In this document: one piece after another, positions 12,266-24,400 of the stretch | Layout of the letters: each line of letters starts with the position of its first letter | How positions within the stretch are numbered: the first letter of the stretch is position 1 | DNA from: Azolla caroliniana | Lineage: Eukaryota; Plantae; Polypodiophyta | Length of the DNA: 64,000 nt | Reading direction: 5' to 3' | NCBI GenBank assembly: GCA_043228905.1 | Contig: JBHGNT010000020.1 | Coordinates: 682,001-746,000 of the forward strand | Made by a program: the position numbers and the translations under genes | Notes under the pieces: generated by a model | What the model saw: the letters and a program-made list of their open reading frames with translations, nothing else | Database searches by the model: none | Told to the model about the DNA's origin: nothing

Positions 12266-13319
12266 GGGTAGGTTTTTAAATTGTATAACTCTAGTGTGAA
12301 ACATGGATGCTCATTGCTTTCTATCTTTCTTTCGTTTTTAGATCAACGAGGTATATATTTACATGGTACCGTTGCCATGCATGTTGTGTTGTATATTACA
12401 TTGTGAAACATGTTACTTGCATGGATATGAATGCTCATCGTACGATCTCTCCAAATATATTTATATTGCCAACAAACTAGCATGGAAAAAGCATATAAAA
12501 TCTAGCAAAGGGCCCTTTCCACACACCTCACATGCATATGACTAGCAAATAGGTATCTGGAAGATGCCTTTACTCTGTACCTATGCTTAGACAATTAATG
12601 AGTACGAGAAAGCAACCAGACATTTGGTCGACTACGAGAAAGCAACCGAGGACATGGCAGAGGAGATTCCACTGACACCTTATAGAGTACTTCTGAAATA
12701 GAATCCAAGGACTCAACAACATGAGTGACGACATGCAAACTTTCAATATAAACCCACGGACATATCAAAAAAGAGGATCCATGGGTAGGGCCCAAGTAAC
12801 GATGATATGTACGCTAGTAGTAAATGAGATACATGCATCGGTGGCAGTAGTAAAGTTGATACTCTTAAGAGTCGTTATCAATGTGACGCAAAGAGCCGTT
12901 TTATGTTTGAGCCAGAGTGCTATAGATGACTAGGAGGCCAATATCACAAAAGGCCATACTATTTCGAGTCGCCCAAAGGTGAGAGTCAGGGAGAGAGCAT
13001 TAAATTATGTTACCGAGACCTCGATGTTTATTGTTCTTTTTTTCATTCATCCTTTTGTTTTAGACTGTGGGGGAACCCGAGGATGCGATTGAGCATTGTT
13101 GTGAAGCAATGAAGCAATTGTGCTTCACAATATATAAAGAAACAAATTCAAATATTATGGCAAGTGACATTGGGTGAGGCTCGACCTTATAACCTCACAT
13201 ATGAAAGCACTGACCGAGTATGAACCATTAAGATAACATATGAATGTTATATAAATCTCTATGTGTGCCTGAGGATGATAATATAAATATATCTATCTGG
13301 CTATGGGAAAGCATTGATG

Positions 13320-13680
13320 GATTGACCCCACAAATCAAGACCAATCGGCTCCACGGATAAGGATCAATCAGCCCCACGGATTAGGACCAACTGGCACCGC
13401 AGATCGGGATCAATCGACCCAACATATCGAGATCCGTCGACCCCAAGGATTGGGATCAATCGGACCCACGGATTGGGCACAATCGGGCACCATAGATTAG
13501 GATCAATTTTGGCCCAACAAATCGGGATGCATCAATCGACCCCTACATATCGAGATCCATGGACCCCACGGATCGGGATCTGTCGGCCCCACGGAGATTG
13601 ATCCCCATGGATCGGGATCCATCTACCCACTCCACGGATCGAACGAAGGAATTGCTCGGAAAAAGCATCGATGGATCGGA
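13320..13680. repeat. Degenerate GATC-rich short tandem repeats (CCCACGGATCGGGATC-like)
   Basis: Repeated CCCCACGGA...GGGATCAATCG motifs about every 30 bp. Confidence 0.6.
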
Positions 13681-13730
13681 TATTTGCCCCCCCACACCAT
13701 GGATTTGAATATGCATAAGGAATTCTTGTT

Positions 13731-13731
<1 letters not shown>

Positions 13732-13761
<30 letters not shown>

Positions 13762-13948
13762 GGTGACAAACAGACAGGCTGGATTTTCCTGGCAAAGCCC
13801 TCTCTCACTCTCTCTCTTCTTCTCTCTCTTTTTCTTTCTCCATTTTGATTCTCTTCCTCTCTTTCCAAACCCTAAATCCCTCTCTCTCTCTCTCTCTCTC
13901 TTCTTCTTTCTCCATTTTGATTCTCTTCCTCTCTTTCCAAACCCTAAA

Positions 13949-13984
<36 letters not shown>

Positions 13985-14143
13985 TCTCTCTCTTTTTCTT
14001 TCTCCATTTTGATCCTCTTCCTCTCTTTCCAAAACCTAAATCCCTCTCTCTCTCTCTCTCTCTCTCTTTCCAAAACCTAAATCCCTCTCTCTCTCTCTCT
14101 CTCTCTGTTTCTAAATTCTGCCCCCCCCCCCCCCCCCCCCCCC
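13732..14143. repeat. GA/CT microsatellites within repeated CCAAACCCTAAATCC units, ending in poly-C
   Basis: Unit TCCATTTTGATTCTCTTCCTCTCTTTCCAAACCCTAAATCC(CT)n occurs about 3-4 times; C-run at ~14120-14143. Confidence 0.85.
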
Positions 14144-14171
14144 AAAACCATTCTCACAAAACCCACATCTG

Positions 14172-14592
14172 AACCCTCTAACCCTAACCCTAACCCTAAC
14201 CCTATATCTTCCCTACACTTTGCAGGAAAGCACTAAGCCTGCCAAACCCATATCCTGATCCTCAACCCTAACCCATTTGCAAACCCCCATTCCCTGAGCA
14301 TCCCCTATTCCTAACCCTAACTCATACCCTTTTTTTTAACCCAATTCTCCATTATCTGATCAAACCCTAACCCTAACCCTGACTCACACTCATTTCCAAA
14401 CCCAATTCTCGATTACTATCTGATCAAACCCTATCCCTATCCCTAACCCTAAAACGGACCTATGCCCATTTGCAGAAACACTTTACCTTGGGAAATTTGT
14501 ATACAGATTCTTAACACTAACCCTGATGCTGACCCATATTTCAGAAAAACCTAATCCTCGGAAACTTACATACTGATTCTTAATCCTAACCC
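14172..14592. repeat. Scattered telomere-like (CCCTAA)n repeats and telo-boxes
   Basis: CTAACCCTAACCCTAACCCTAACCCT at ~14178-14203, with further CCCTAA clusters to ~14590. Confidence 0.7.
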
Positions 14593-14781
14593 GCCACCCT
14601 CACCAATTTCTGCGATTGAGTTTCTTTGAGCTCCCTGCGTCAGAACCCAGAAACCCTAATCCAGAGAAACTTTTGCCCTTTTTTGGGCGTAAATTCGGAA
14701 ATCCCTACACAGAGAAAACCATTCCATGTTTTGGTGTGAAATCAGAAAACTCTAATTCAGAGGAAAACTTCTGTTTTATGC

Positions 14782-15322
14782 TGGTTGAATCGGAAACCCT
14801 AATCCAGGTAAAGCAGAAGAAGAATCTTTCTCATTTCAGGTGGTTGAATCGGAAACCCTAATGCAGGTAAAGCAGAAGAAGAATCTTTCTCATTTCAGGT
14901 GGTTGAATCGGAAACCCTAATCCAGGTAAAAAAGATGAAGAAGCTTTCTCATTTCAGGTGGTGGAATTAGAAACCCTTAATCCATGAGAAAATCAACACC
15001 AAATTTGTGGGTGAAATTAAGAGACCCTAATTCAGAAAGAAGAGAAAGAAAGATACTGAGATCATCAACACCAAATTTGTGAGTGAAATCAGAAGCCCTA
15101 ATTCAGAGAGAAGGGAAAGAAAGATACTGAGATCATCAACACCAAATTTGTGGGTGAAATTAAGAGACCCTAATTCAGGGAGAAGAGAAAGAAAGCTACT
15201 GAGATCATCAACACCAAATTTGTGAGTGAAATTAGAGACCCTAATTCAGGTGGAAGGGAAAGAAAGGTATTGATTGGAGGAATCAGAGACCCTAAGTCAG
15301 GGGATGAATCAGAAACCCTAAA
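14782..15322. repeat. Two minisatellites (59 bp x ~3.5 and ~78 bp x ~3.5) containing AAACCCTAA/GACCCTAA
   Basis: Units GGTTGAATCGGAAACCCTAATCCAGGTAAAGCAGAAGAAGAATCTTTCTCATTTCAGGT and ATCAACACCAAATTTGTGGGTGAAATTAAGAGACCCTAATTCAG... Confidence 0.85.
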
Positions 15323-15345
15323 TTTTGATCCGAGAAGACTGGGTG

Positions 15346-16290
15346 ATGCCCTCTATGTTCAATGGGCTGGACATAGCCACACTCATACTCATTGTGGTTG
15401 GCTTGATTGGAGGCCTCTTTTGCTTGGCCTATCTCCTCAGGTTTCACACTAGGGCGGACAAATCGACTCTTCGGGATTTCGACTCGCCATGGCTCGTCCG
15501 GGCCGCGCTTTGCGTCCTATTCATCCTATGGTTACTCGGCCATTTCGTCCGCCTCCCGTGGCTACGGACTGGACGGAGCCCCCTACATAGCCTCGCGCTC
15601 TCGAGTCAAGCAAACCTATGCAAACTTCACCTCGTGTGGTCTCTCGGGTTTGTCGAGCCATCCACACTTCTCATCATACTATTCCTCTTGCAAACTTCCC
15701 TCGAATCTCCGCCGTCTTCTTCTTCCCGAAGCTTGAACTCTCGGGTTTTGCCACGTGTCGGTCTCTCGTGTTTGCCCGTGTTCACATTGCACCTCGTTCT
15801 CACATTAATGGGCCATCGGAAGACCTTCGGAGACCTCTTCCCATCGTACTTCACTAGGTCCTACCACTATGTCTTGGTTGGTACCGAGAAGGACCAGGAT
15901 AAAGCCCAAATAGTGCTATGCACCACCCCTTTGTTCAGCGTCTTGGCGTCGGCTTGCTTTTCGGCATTTTTCATTGCATATTTCGCGTTCTTGAGCTCCC
16001 GATTGGTTCATGGTGTGATCAACCGAAAGCTTCGGCTTCGGTTTTGCACCATGGCTCTTCTTATACTAGCTCTCCTTCCATTCCATGTGATATTCCTTGG
16101 TATACCAATTAAAATGGACCCGACTCTAAGTGCCTTTGAGATGCTCATGTTTCTTCGGTTCCTCGCCCTACTAATTTGTTTAGTTGCTGCGATAGCCGTA
16201 CTTGTCATTATGCCAGTTGTTGATGCCACAGCCGTATGCTATTTCTTCGAAAAAAGGGACGAGGCATGGCAATCTGTGATTGTTAAGTAA
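15346..16290 (+). CDS. Intronless plant multi-pass (about 7 TM) membrane protein, resembling the Arabidopsis At1g57680 (candidate GPCR 'Cand1') family
   Basis: 314-aa ORF from ATG 15346 with about seven hydrophobic segments. Motifs FDSPWLVR, LCK...SLGFVEP, CTTPLFS and VINRKLR resemble this family from memory; no search was run. Confidence 0.8.
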   Translation: MPSMFNGLDIATLILIVVGLIGGLFCLAYLLRFHTRADKSTLRDFDSPWLVRAALCVLFILWLLGHFVRLPWLRTGRSPLHSLALSSQANLCKLHLVWSLGFVEPSTLLIILFLLQTSLESPPSSSSRSLNSRVLPRVGLSCLPVFTLHLVLTLMGHRKTFGDLFPSYFTRSYHYVLVGTEKDQDKAQIVLCTTPLFSVLASACFSAFFIAYFAFLSSRLVHGVINRKLRLRFCTMALLILALLPFHVIFLGIPIKMDPTLSAFEMLMFLRFLALLICLVAAIAVLVIMPVVDATAVCYFFEKRDEAWQSVIVK

Positions 16291-16949
16291 TGCTATGAGT
16301 CTCTACAACGACCTATGGAAAGGGCCTTGGGTACCGGTAGTCATTGGCATGGCTCCTTGAGCAAAAGTGACACTCTTCTTACACATTGGTACAAATGATC
16401 TTACACTAGGGTTCAAGGGGGTGGCTATTAGATGTTCTTAGGGTAGTTACTTCCCTATTCTCGCTCGTTGTGACAACTCTTGACAATTCTATCATAACTT
16501 GTTTGGTACGTGAAATTTAGATAGATACCTTGTGAAACTACACATAATTTGTATTCTAATCTTTGTAACCCATATAACACAAACATTTCCCTTCCATCAT
16601 CATTGATTTTCAATAGAGTACCTAGACTTGACAAATCTTGTAGAAATAAGGATAAAATAAGGATTACTTATTTGATGATATGAGTGTGCATTGCAATTTT
16701 CCAGCAATGATGAATCTATTCTATTGCATGTGTGAGAATGGAGGGTTGGATATTCATTTCACGACAAATTAATAAACCATTGTGGTATGGAGTAATATGA
16801 TGCTCAAATATTATATTTATAACATGCATAGAACCTAGAGAATGATCTACACTATTGTTATTATGTATTTAATTCATATAATTTAATGCAAGAAAGCAGA
16901 ATGCATGATTGAGACCTCATTGGTTTAAGAGTTTATCCGAGTATATGAT

Positions 16950-19900
16950 GTCTCTTCAAATTATGCGAGAATTGGCCATGTGTTCACAATAATAGAGATA
17001 AACCCCCTTGGCATGGAAAGAATGGATATTTGATTTGGACATGTAAAGTAATACTCGTCAACAAAATTAAAAGGATTGCATGTTAAATTATGTTGAACAA
17101 AAGACTTTATTGTTTTCTTATCAAGAAAATGAATCCTAATCACTACCTTGCCATATCGTTGTAGCATGTATTTATAAGACATGATTATTTCGCAAAGAAG
17201 GTTAGTTACTATTATGGTGTTATTTCTTAGTCTCTTTGATAACAATCCTCTCAAAGATAAGCTTGTCTTTATCAAATCGGACATTGTTTCAATGCATGTT
17301 GGTTTGTAACATACCTAAAGATATGCTTTGAATTCTCACATTATTCTTGTGATCATGGAGTAGTTTCCTACATGATGGCTGAAATAATTTTAAGATGCAT
17401 GTGAAAACTGTGTGTTTCAAGCATTTGACAACACTCATGAATTGCGGTTGACCACTAAGCCATAAATAAATTAGTCTACTCACAAGACATTTTTCTACCT
17501 ATAGTTCATGAAGTGGAATATTCAGACATATTTTATTACCTAGAGTGCATTTCACACTCTCTCCTCTTCTTGGACAAACTCAAACTTATTGAATTCTTGG
17601 GGGTTAATCTCATGTTTGCATTAAACATTGCCAATAATGTTTTGGTTTTTATTGCTTCCTTGGTTGGTACATTTCCTAGGAAGCACATATAACACCATAA
17701 TGACTTTATCCTTGTGAGTCGAATCAAGTGCATTCTTTCCTCTAAGACCACATGCAATGTTTGTTCCATAACACACCTACTTGGTTGCAACTACTTGGTT
17801 GATGAATTAGAATCTTGATTGTGCCATGATGCATTTTTTAGTATATCGATAAATTAAGGCTCTTTGAGTCCCCTATTGAGATCTCTCCCTCCATCCTTGA
17901 CGTGCGTGGTACTTAGGTAGTTTTGGTTATGCATTAACAACCTTCAAGCTTGAACATGTGGAATTGTAGTCCAATGTGTTTTTGCATATATGAATGCTTG
18001 ATAGTTCAATTTCAGATCTTAGTTGAACTAGCCATTGACACTGATTTTCTGTGAACGCAAGCCACCACTCTTACTTATGACTTCATTCTTATTCTTTCAA
18101 GAGTTACTTATGATTGATGAAGCATCGGGCAATCATATTGATTATGATTAGCAATAACTACGTTCGAGTTTCCAACATAAGCTCTAGTTTGGGTATATGG
18201 TTAGTTGCGACTAAGTTTTGCATGTGTTCTCTAGCCCATTTGTAGGCATTTTAGTTTTTTATATTCACTGTAGCCATTGAGGATAGTGTTATGATGTTTG
18301 TACACCTCCAAAAGTGTTAGCATACATAACATCTAGTATGTTTTGGTACGACTTGTTGCACAACAAGTCTGGAGCCAATTCTACAATATCCCATCATTGT
18401 TGCAAAAATCAGTATTTGGCCTTTAAATTGACCAAGTGAAGTGTAAGATTTGTCCTTTTTGAAGTATTGTTTTTCGCCTCCATGTCGCATGAAATGGTGA
18501 TCATGTATTTCCACCATTTTAAAGGTTGTTGGGAGGTTATCATGTCCTAAATCCATAGCTATTGAAACCCGAGATTTGTGCGGTGAGTCAAATGATATAG
18601 CTAAAACAAATTTGTGATTAGTAGTGTGAAAGAAACTAGTTTTTGTATATCTATTTCTTGCTTTTATCCACATGTCATTAGTTGCCTCACAAACCTTGTG
18701 CACAAGGTTTTGGTATTCCGAATCCAATGAATTGAGGTATCCCTACATCTTGAAATAGGTTTTGGTTTTGCACGTAACATGTAGGTTCAATGATCCGATG
18801 GATCAACGCTTCTTTGATATTTTTCCCTTCCCTTAAATACAATTGAACTAATGTTTCCTTGTACTAAATGACACATTTCTCTCCACAAGAGTTCAAAGCA
18901 TTCATAAGATTTGCCATATTAAAGGGATTTGTCCTTGAAGATTCAAATTATTTGTTCTTGCATATGTTGTATGATACACATTCTTGCATTTCTTTGAATA
19001 TTTGATTGAGGCATGCCGCATCACTCTTTCACTATTGATTTGTTGTTGATCCTAGGGTGAATGCAAGAAAGGCTGGACACAAAGGTGTGTCCTAGATGTT
19101 ATACTCTTACTCTTCCTAGGAGTAACACAAATGGATTGAAATGATATGATAATCTATCCCCTTGGGCATTACACCTTGACTTGGTGATCTCCAATGTTGT
19201 AGCAAGTGATGCCTACATTGACATATAACCCATTCTTTATACTTGAAAGCTAATTCCTAGGGAAAATTTTGTCTTTAACATTCATTGATAGAAAAGCTAA
19301 GATATAGTTTGTTATGATATGAATTATTGAAGTTAGGTCCAACTATAACTCTATAAAGTCATCATGTTGTCCACCCATAATAATCTTCCTGATTTATTAA
19401 TGCTACATTAATTGAATCCTTTCAGAACCAATCTTGCCTTCTACCTTAGTTGTGAGAAATGTTCCTCAATCTTGAGCTTGTTAACCCATTCGTTTTTCAA
19501 TGCTCTCTTTCTTGTAGACAACTTTACCAAGTCATAGGTGTGATCATCTTACAAAGACTTCATCTCAACTTTGATGGCCTCAAACAATTTATGTTTATTA
19601 TCATGTGCCATATTTTTTCTAATGCTCCATGGCTCTCCCTTGTTTGTAAGGATCATATGTGCATGTGGATTATGTCTAACATAAGCTTGTCTTGGTTTAG
19701 CTAAACTTTTGACCTCTTCCTCTTTGTGGTGGAATTGGATTGAGTATCCTCAATATGTATAGATGGAATAGGGAGATCGTCAATGACACCATCATACCAA
19801 TCTTGCACATCTCCCATGTGATCCTAAATTACTAGGAGTAATATTTCAAGAATAATGTGTTCCCTTTATGCGTCGTAGAGCGACATTTTTATCATGCATC
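16950..19900 (-). mobile_element. Highly decayed, probably transposon-derived coding remnant (class unresolved)
   Basis: Several minus-strand ORF fragments (16961-17284, 17289-17483, 17536-17790, 18317-18727) without a diagnostic motif. Confidence 0.25.
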
Positions 19901-20360
19901 TGCAATGATTAAATAAAAATTATAAATACTAAATTGTGAATTAACATGATATCATAGTTGGTAGAACTCTAGAACATTCTAGAAATATGTATATGTTACA
20001 ATATAATAAAGATGTGTATCATATAGCTTAATGCTTAAGTCATTGGCGTCAAGCCTTGCCATCACATACACTAACTAGATTCTATCTAGGTAACTACTAC
20101 GTGTGTTGACGAACTAACTAAATCTAGTTGAGTTTCATATCTCAACAAAATGCTCGAGTACTATTAACAACATGCCACCACAAGGTTGTAATTCTCGTTT
20201 TCCCATGGTATATTCCAACCTTCAAAATTTAGTAATGCAACGCCCCCTAGAACGAGCTAATTGATCAACTGATTTCTTTGTCCAATGTAATAATGGCAAA
20301 ATGTAAGAAATAATTGGAATCATTATAGCTTGTACCACTTTGAGACGAGTACTAAACAAC

Positions 20361-20993
20361 TGTTATAAACACGACAACAATTATGTCAAGATTCAAACAT
20401 CTAAGTGTTATACTGTAACCAACACATCTAAGTACATGGTTGTGTTATGTATATGTTTGTAGACATGGTTTCTCACACCCACCACTTCCCGTTCACCCCT
20501 ACACCGTGCTTTCGAAAAGGCGGTCGTAAAATTGAGGATAATGTCATAGACATGACAACAATTATGTCAAGATTTGAACTCTTGACCTCTTGTATTATAG
20601 TTGAGTATTATATTGTAACCAACACATCCAAGTACATAATTGTGTTATGTGTATCTTCATAGATGATCTATTCACGTTCTAGGAGTTTTTGGAAAGTTCT
20701 AGAACTAGAAGGTTCTAGAGGGTTCTAGAATATTCTCCAAAATATTCTCAAGAATATTCTAATGCATGTACTTCAACTCACAGTATAAATACTTGTAACC
20801 TCCTTGGTTCCTTTCAAGGGATTCAACACCAGTCATTGACACATCAATCTAGTATTCTCGTTTCGCCCCATCTTGTCTCCTTGATCTTTATTTCTGTCTT
20901 TCATGCTCTTGTGTCATCCAACTTCTTAAGTTCCACGCTTGTAGCCCCATCATCCGTGCTCTGTCCCAGTCCGCGCTTGGTGTGTCCATGACA
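20361..20993 (+). mobile_element. Internally deleted LTR element, family A (5' LTR stub, short internal piece, full LTR 20542-20993)
   Basis: TGTCA...TGACA LTR homologous to 32238-32736; stub at 20361 repeats the LTR start. No direct TSD (flanks ACAAC and GTTGT). Confidence 0.75.
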
Positions 20994-21054
20994 GTTGTCA
21001 GTAACCATAAATTTGTCTAAAATGGTCCCTGATATCCAATTCAAACTTTGAGAC

Positions 21055-21480
21055 TGTCAGGAATAGTACTAAAGCAGAGATGGAATTAGTACTAAGAAGA
21101 GTAGTACTATTAGTACTAAGAGGACGGGACTGCATAAGATTCCCGAGAGAGAGGAAGTGAGAAGAGGAGAGAGAGAGAAATAGGATGATGACAACAACTC
21201 TTATATTATATGAAAGATAAGTACAAATCGACTAAGAGGCTTAAGACTGCTGTTGAACCAATTTGGTTCAAAACAATGCCTTGTGCCTCCTTTTATAGTG
21301 TTTTTAGGAATAATCCTAAAGCTTCTAGAATTTTCCAGAGAGATCTGGAATATACATCAATTTTCTATGATAAAGTATAAATGAAAATAATATCCTACAA
21401 TATACAATTCATAGTCTAATGGTAAGAGCTCGACCCATGTAGCATAAAGTCATGGGTTCGAGTCTTGCCATATCATGACA
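21055..21480 (-). repeat. 3' LTR of the chromovirus
   Basis: Direct repeat of 26273-26698. Confidence 0.96.
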
Positions 21481-21491
21481 CTATCTCTCCC

Positions 21492-24400
21492 TTAAAGACG
21501 ACGAGTGGAACGAGTCGGCGCTAATTGCGGACCGGGTTTGTCTGGATACTTTCGGTGGAAATCAGCAAGAAGATCTTGTGCATTGGCAACATTCTCGACG
21601 GGTTCCCAAGTACGTTCGCTCGGACTATAACCGAGCCAATCGACCAAGTAATAAAGTTTGTTGCGAACAAGTTTGGAATCGAGGATGGCAGCAACTTCAT
21701 ACTCCGGGCCGGCGTCCAACTCCAGCGGGGGCGGCGGTGGTGTCACACGATCGGGAATGGTGTTTGCTCTATAAGGTTCAAGAAGAGAACAATGGAAAAC
21801 CGGATGTATCTGAAGCTGCGGAAGGTGACATCATTGATCTTCCCCGTAATACGGAAAGGACCGAGTCGTCGATAATCCAACTTGTCGCACGGTCGAGTAG
21901 TCTTGATGTGACGACGTAAGAGCCATACTCGATCTCCGATGGCAAAAGAGGAGGGAATCCGATGACGATCCGCATAAGTCTTCTGTGTGTGTTGAGCATG
22001 ACGAAGGTGAGTAGAGAGATCCATCTGGATCTTGCGTAGCCTCTCCAAATGGTCCTCGGCACGAGCGTTGGTAGGTAGCTCCGGAATGTCGATCACCGAC
22101 CAACGAGGATGGAAACCGGTATAAGCAAAAAATGGGGAGACCCGAGTCGAGGAGTGAATAGCATTATTATACGCAAACTCCGCAAAGTGGAGAATCTCGG
22201 GCCAATCGTCCTGTTGATAACTCAGGAAACACCGGAGATATTGCTCCAACGTTTGGTTTGTTCGTTCCGCCTGTCCGTCGGTCTGAGGATGGTAGCCGGA
22301 GGAGAGGTTGCAGGAGACCTTGAGCATCCTGAAGAGATGCTGCCAAAATTTGGAGACAAATTGCGGGCCTCGGTCACTGATAATACTGTCTGGGAGGCCA
22401 TGATGCCGAAATACCTCACGCATAACAAGAGCGGCGGTTTCCTCGCTAGTGATGGCTTTAGTACATGGCACAAAATGTGCCATCTTCGTATATCGATCGA
22501 CGACGGTAAGGATAGCATCGAACCCCTTCGAGACCGGCAGATCTGTGATAAAATCAAGACAAATAGACTGCCATGGCTTACTTGGAATTGGTAAAGGTTC
22601 CAACAAGCCATATGGATGGTGTCGTGGCATCTTTGCTCGGCAGCAAGCATCACAGGTCCAAACGTAGTCGTCGACAAAACGGCGCATGTGGGGCCACCAA
22701 AAAGATCGCTGCACTAGCTCCAACGTCTTGGTACTATCGAAATGTCCCACCGTATGGGTGTCGTGACAATGTTGGATGATTTGAAGGCGACAGGAGCAAT
22801 TGGGGACATATACGTGCTTTTTAAAGAATAACAAACCATCATGATATTCGAATTGTCGGTAGTCAATACCTGGTTGTTGAGACTGAGAACAGGATGCCCG
22901 AGAAGTATCAATGTGCGCCAGGATGTCTTGAGCAAAACTATCCGTCTTCAAGGTTGTACGTATGTCATCGGTAATCCGTGAATCCATCGGGGTGTGAAAA
23001 ATCCGCGTCGTGTGCAATCGTGTTGGTCCCAAGATTAGTTGCTTTTGATTATCAAATGTTGCGTCACCAGGACGAGGTGCAAGATATGAACGCCGTGATA
23101 GTGCATCTGCTTTTCCTTGCTGCTTCCCCGGTCAATATGTGATTTCGAAGTCGAAATGCGTGAGGAATTGCGCCCACCGAGCTTGCCGTCGATTTAGTAC
23201 GCGAGCGTTCTGAAAATAAGCAAGATTTTTATGATCGCTAAAGACAATGACCTGATGTGGAGAGCCCTCTAAGAAATGCCGCCATTGTACAAATGAATCC
23301 ACGATGGCTAATAACTCCTTGTCATGTATTTCGTAGTTGATTTCTGCGACATTGAATTTGCGCGAATGGAAAGCCACCGGATGCAACTCTTCTTTATCGC
23401 CTTGTTGAGAAAGGATGCTACCGAGGGTGAAATCTGATGCGTCGGCCTCCATGATGAATGGTTTGCTTGTATCCACATGAGCTAGAATCGGTGCTGATGT
23501 AAAGGCTTTCTTAAGATTCCGAAAAGCCATATCTGCTTCGATGGACCAAAGAAATGCTTGGCCCTTCTTCGTAAGTTGTGTGAGAGGTAAAATAATCTTC
23601 GAGTAATCCTGTATAAACTTACGGTAGAAGTTAGCAAAACCTAGAAAACATTGTACATCTCGTACCGACTGTGGAATTTGCCACTCTAGTACAGTTTGGA
23701 TTTTAGTTGGATCCATGGCGATGCCCTTTGAGGAGATGACGTAGCCTAGAAATTCCACTTGCTTGCAGTCAAAGCTACATTTTTCTAGCTTGGCGTAAAG
23801 ACCATTCTCGCGGAGTCGCTTTAGTACTAATAGTACATGAGAATCGTGCTCTTCCTGGGTTTTCGAATAAATCAACAGATCATCCAGATAAATGATCAAA
23901 CAAATATCCAAGAGGTCTCTGAATATATCATTTGCCATGTGTTGGAAGACTGCGGGTGCATTGGTTAGGCCAAACGGCATAACAGTATACTCGAAATGCC
24001 CATACCGCGTGCGAAAAGCGGTCTTCCACTCATCTCCCGGTCGGATCCGCACGAGATTATACGCTCCTCGTAGGTCGATTTTAGTAAAAAACTTGGCACC
24101 ATTAACTCGCTCTAAAAGGCTTGATATAAGAGGAAGTGCATACCTATTCCGGATGGTGACTTTATTCAATCCGCGGTAATCAACGACAAGACGAAGTGAG
24201 CCATCTTTCTTCTTGACAAAGAAGATGGGTGCACCGGCCGGAGATTTCGAATGACGGATGAACCCGCTTGCCAAGTTCTCCTCTATGTAGGCTCGAAGGA
24301 CCTCTAACTCGGTGGGTGACAAGTTGTAAATTGGTCCCCATGGTGGCTCGGTTCCTAGTTGTAAATCGATGGGACAGTCATAGGGACGGTGATGAGGAAG

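Noticed and set aside
12596-13070. Possible solo LTR with a short direct repeat (TACGAGAAAGCAACC x2)
   Set aside because: No TG...CA ends with a TSD could be fixed and there is no partner in the window.
13160-13235. Weak tRNA/SINE-like sequence on the minus strand
   Set aside because: A and B boxes too degenerate to support.
13543-14080. ER-rich and SL-rich ORFs
   Set aside because: Translations of GA/CT microsatellites.
21410-21472. Functional tRNA gene
   Set aside because: Acceptor and anticodon stems do not pair; reported as a tRNA-like module only.
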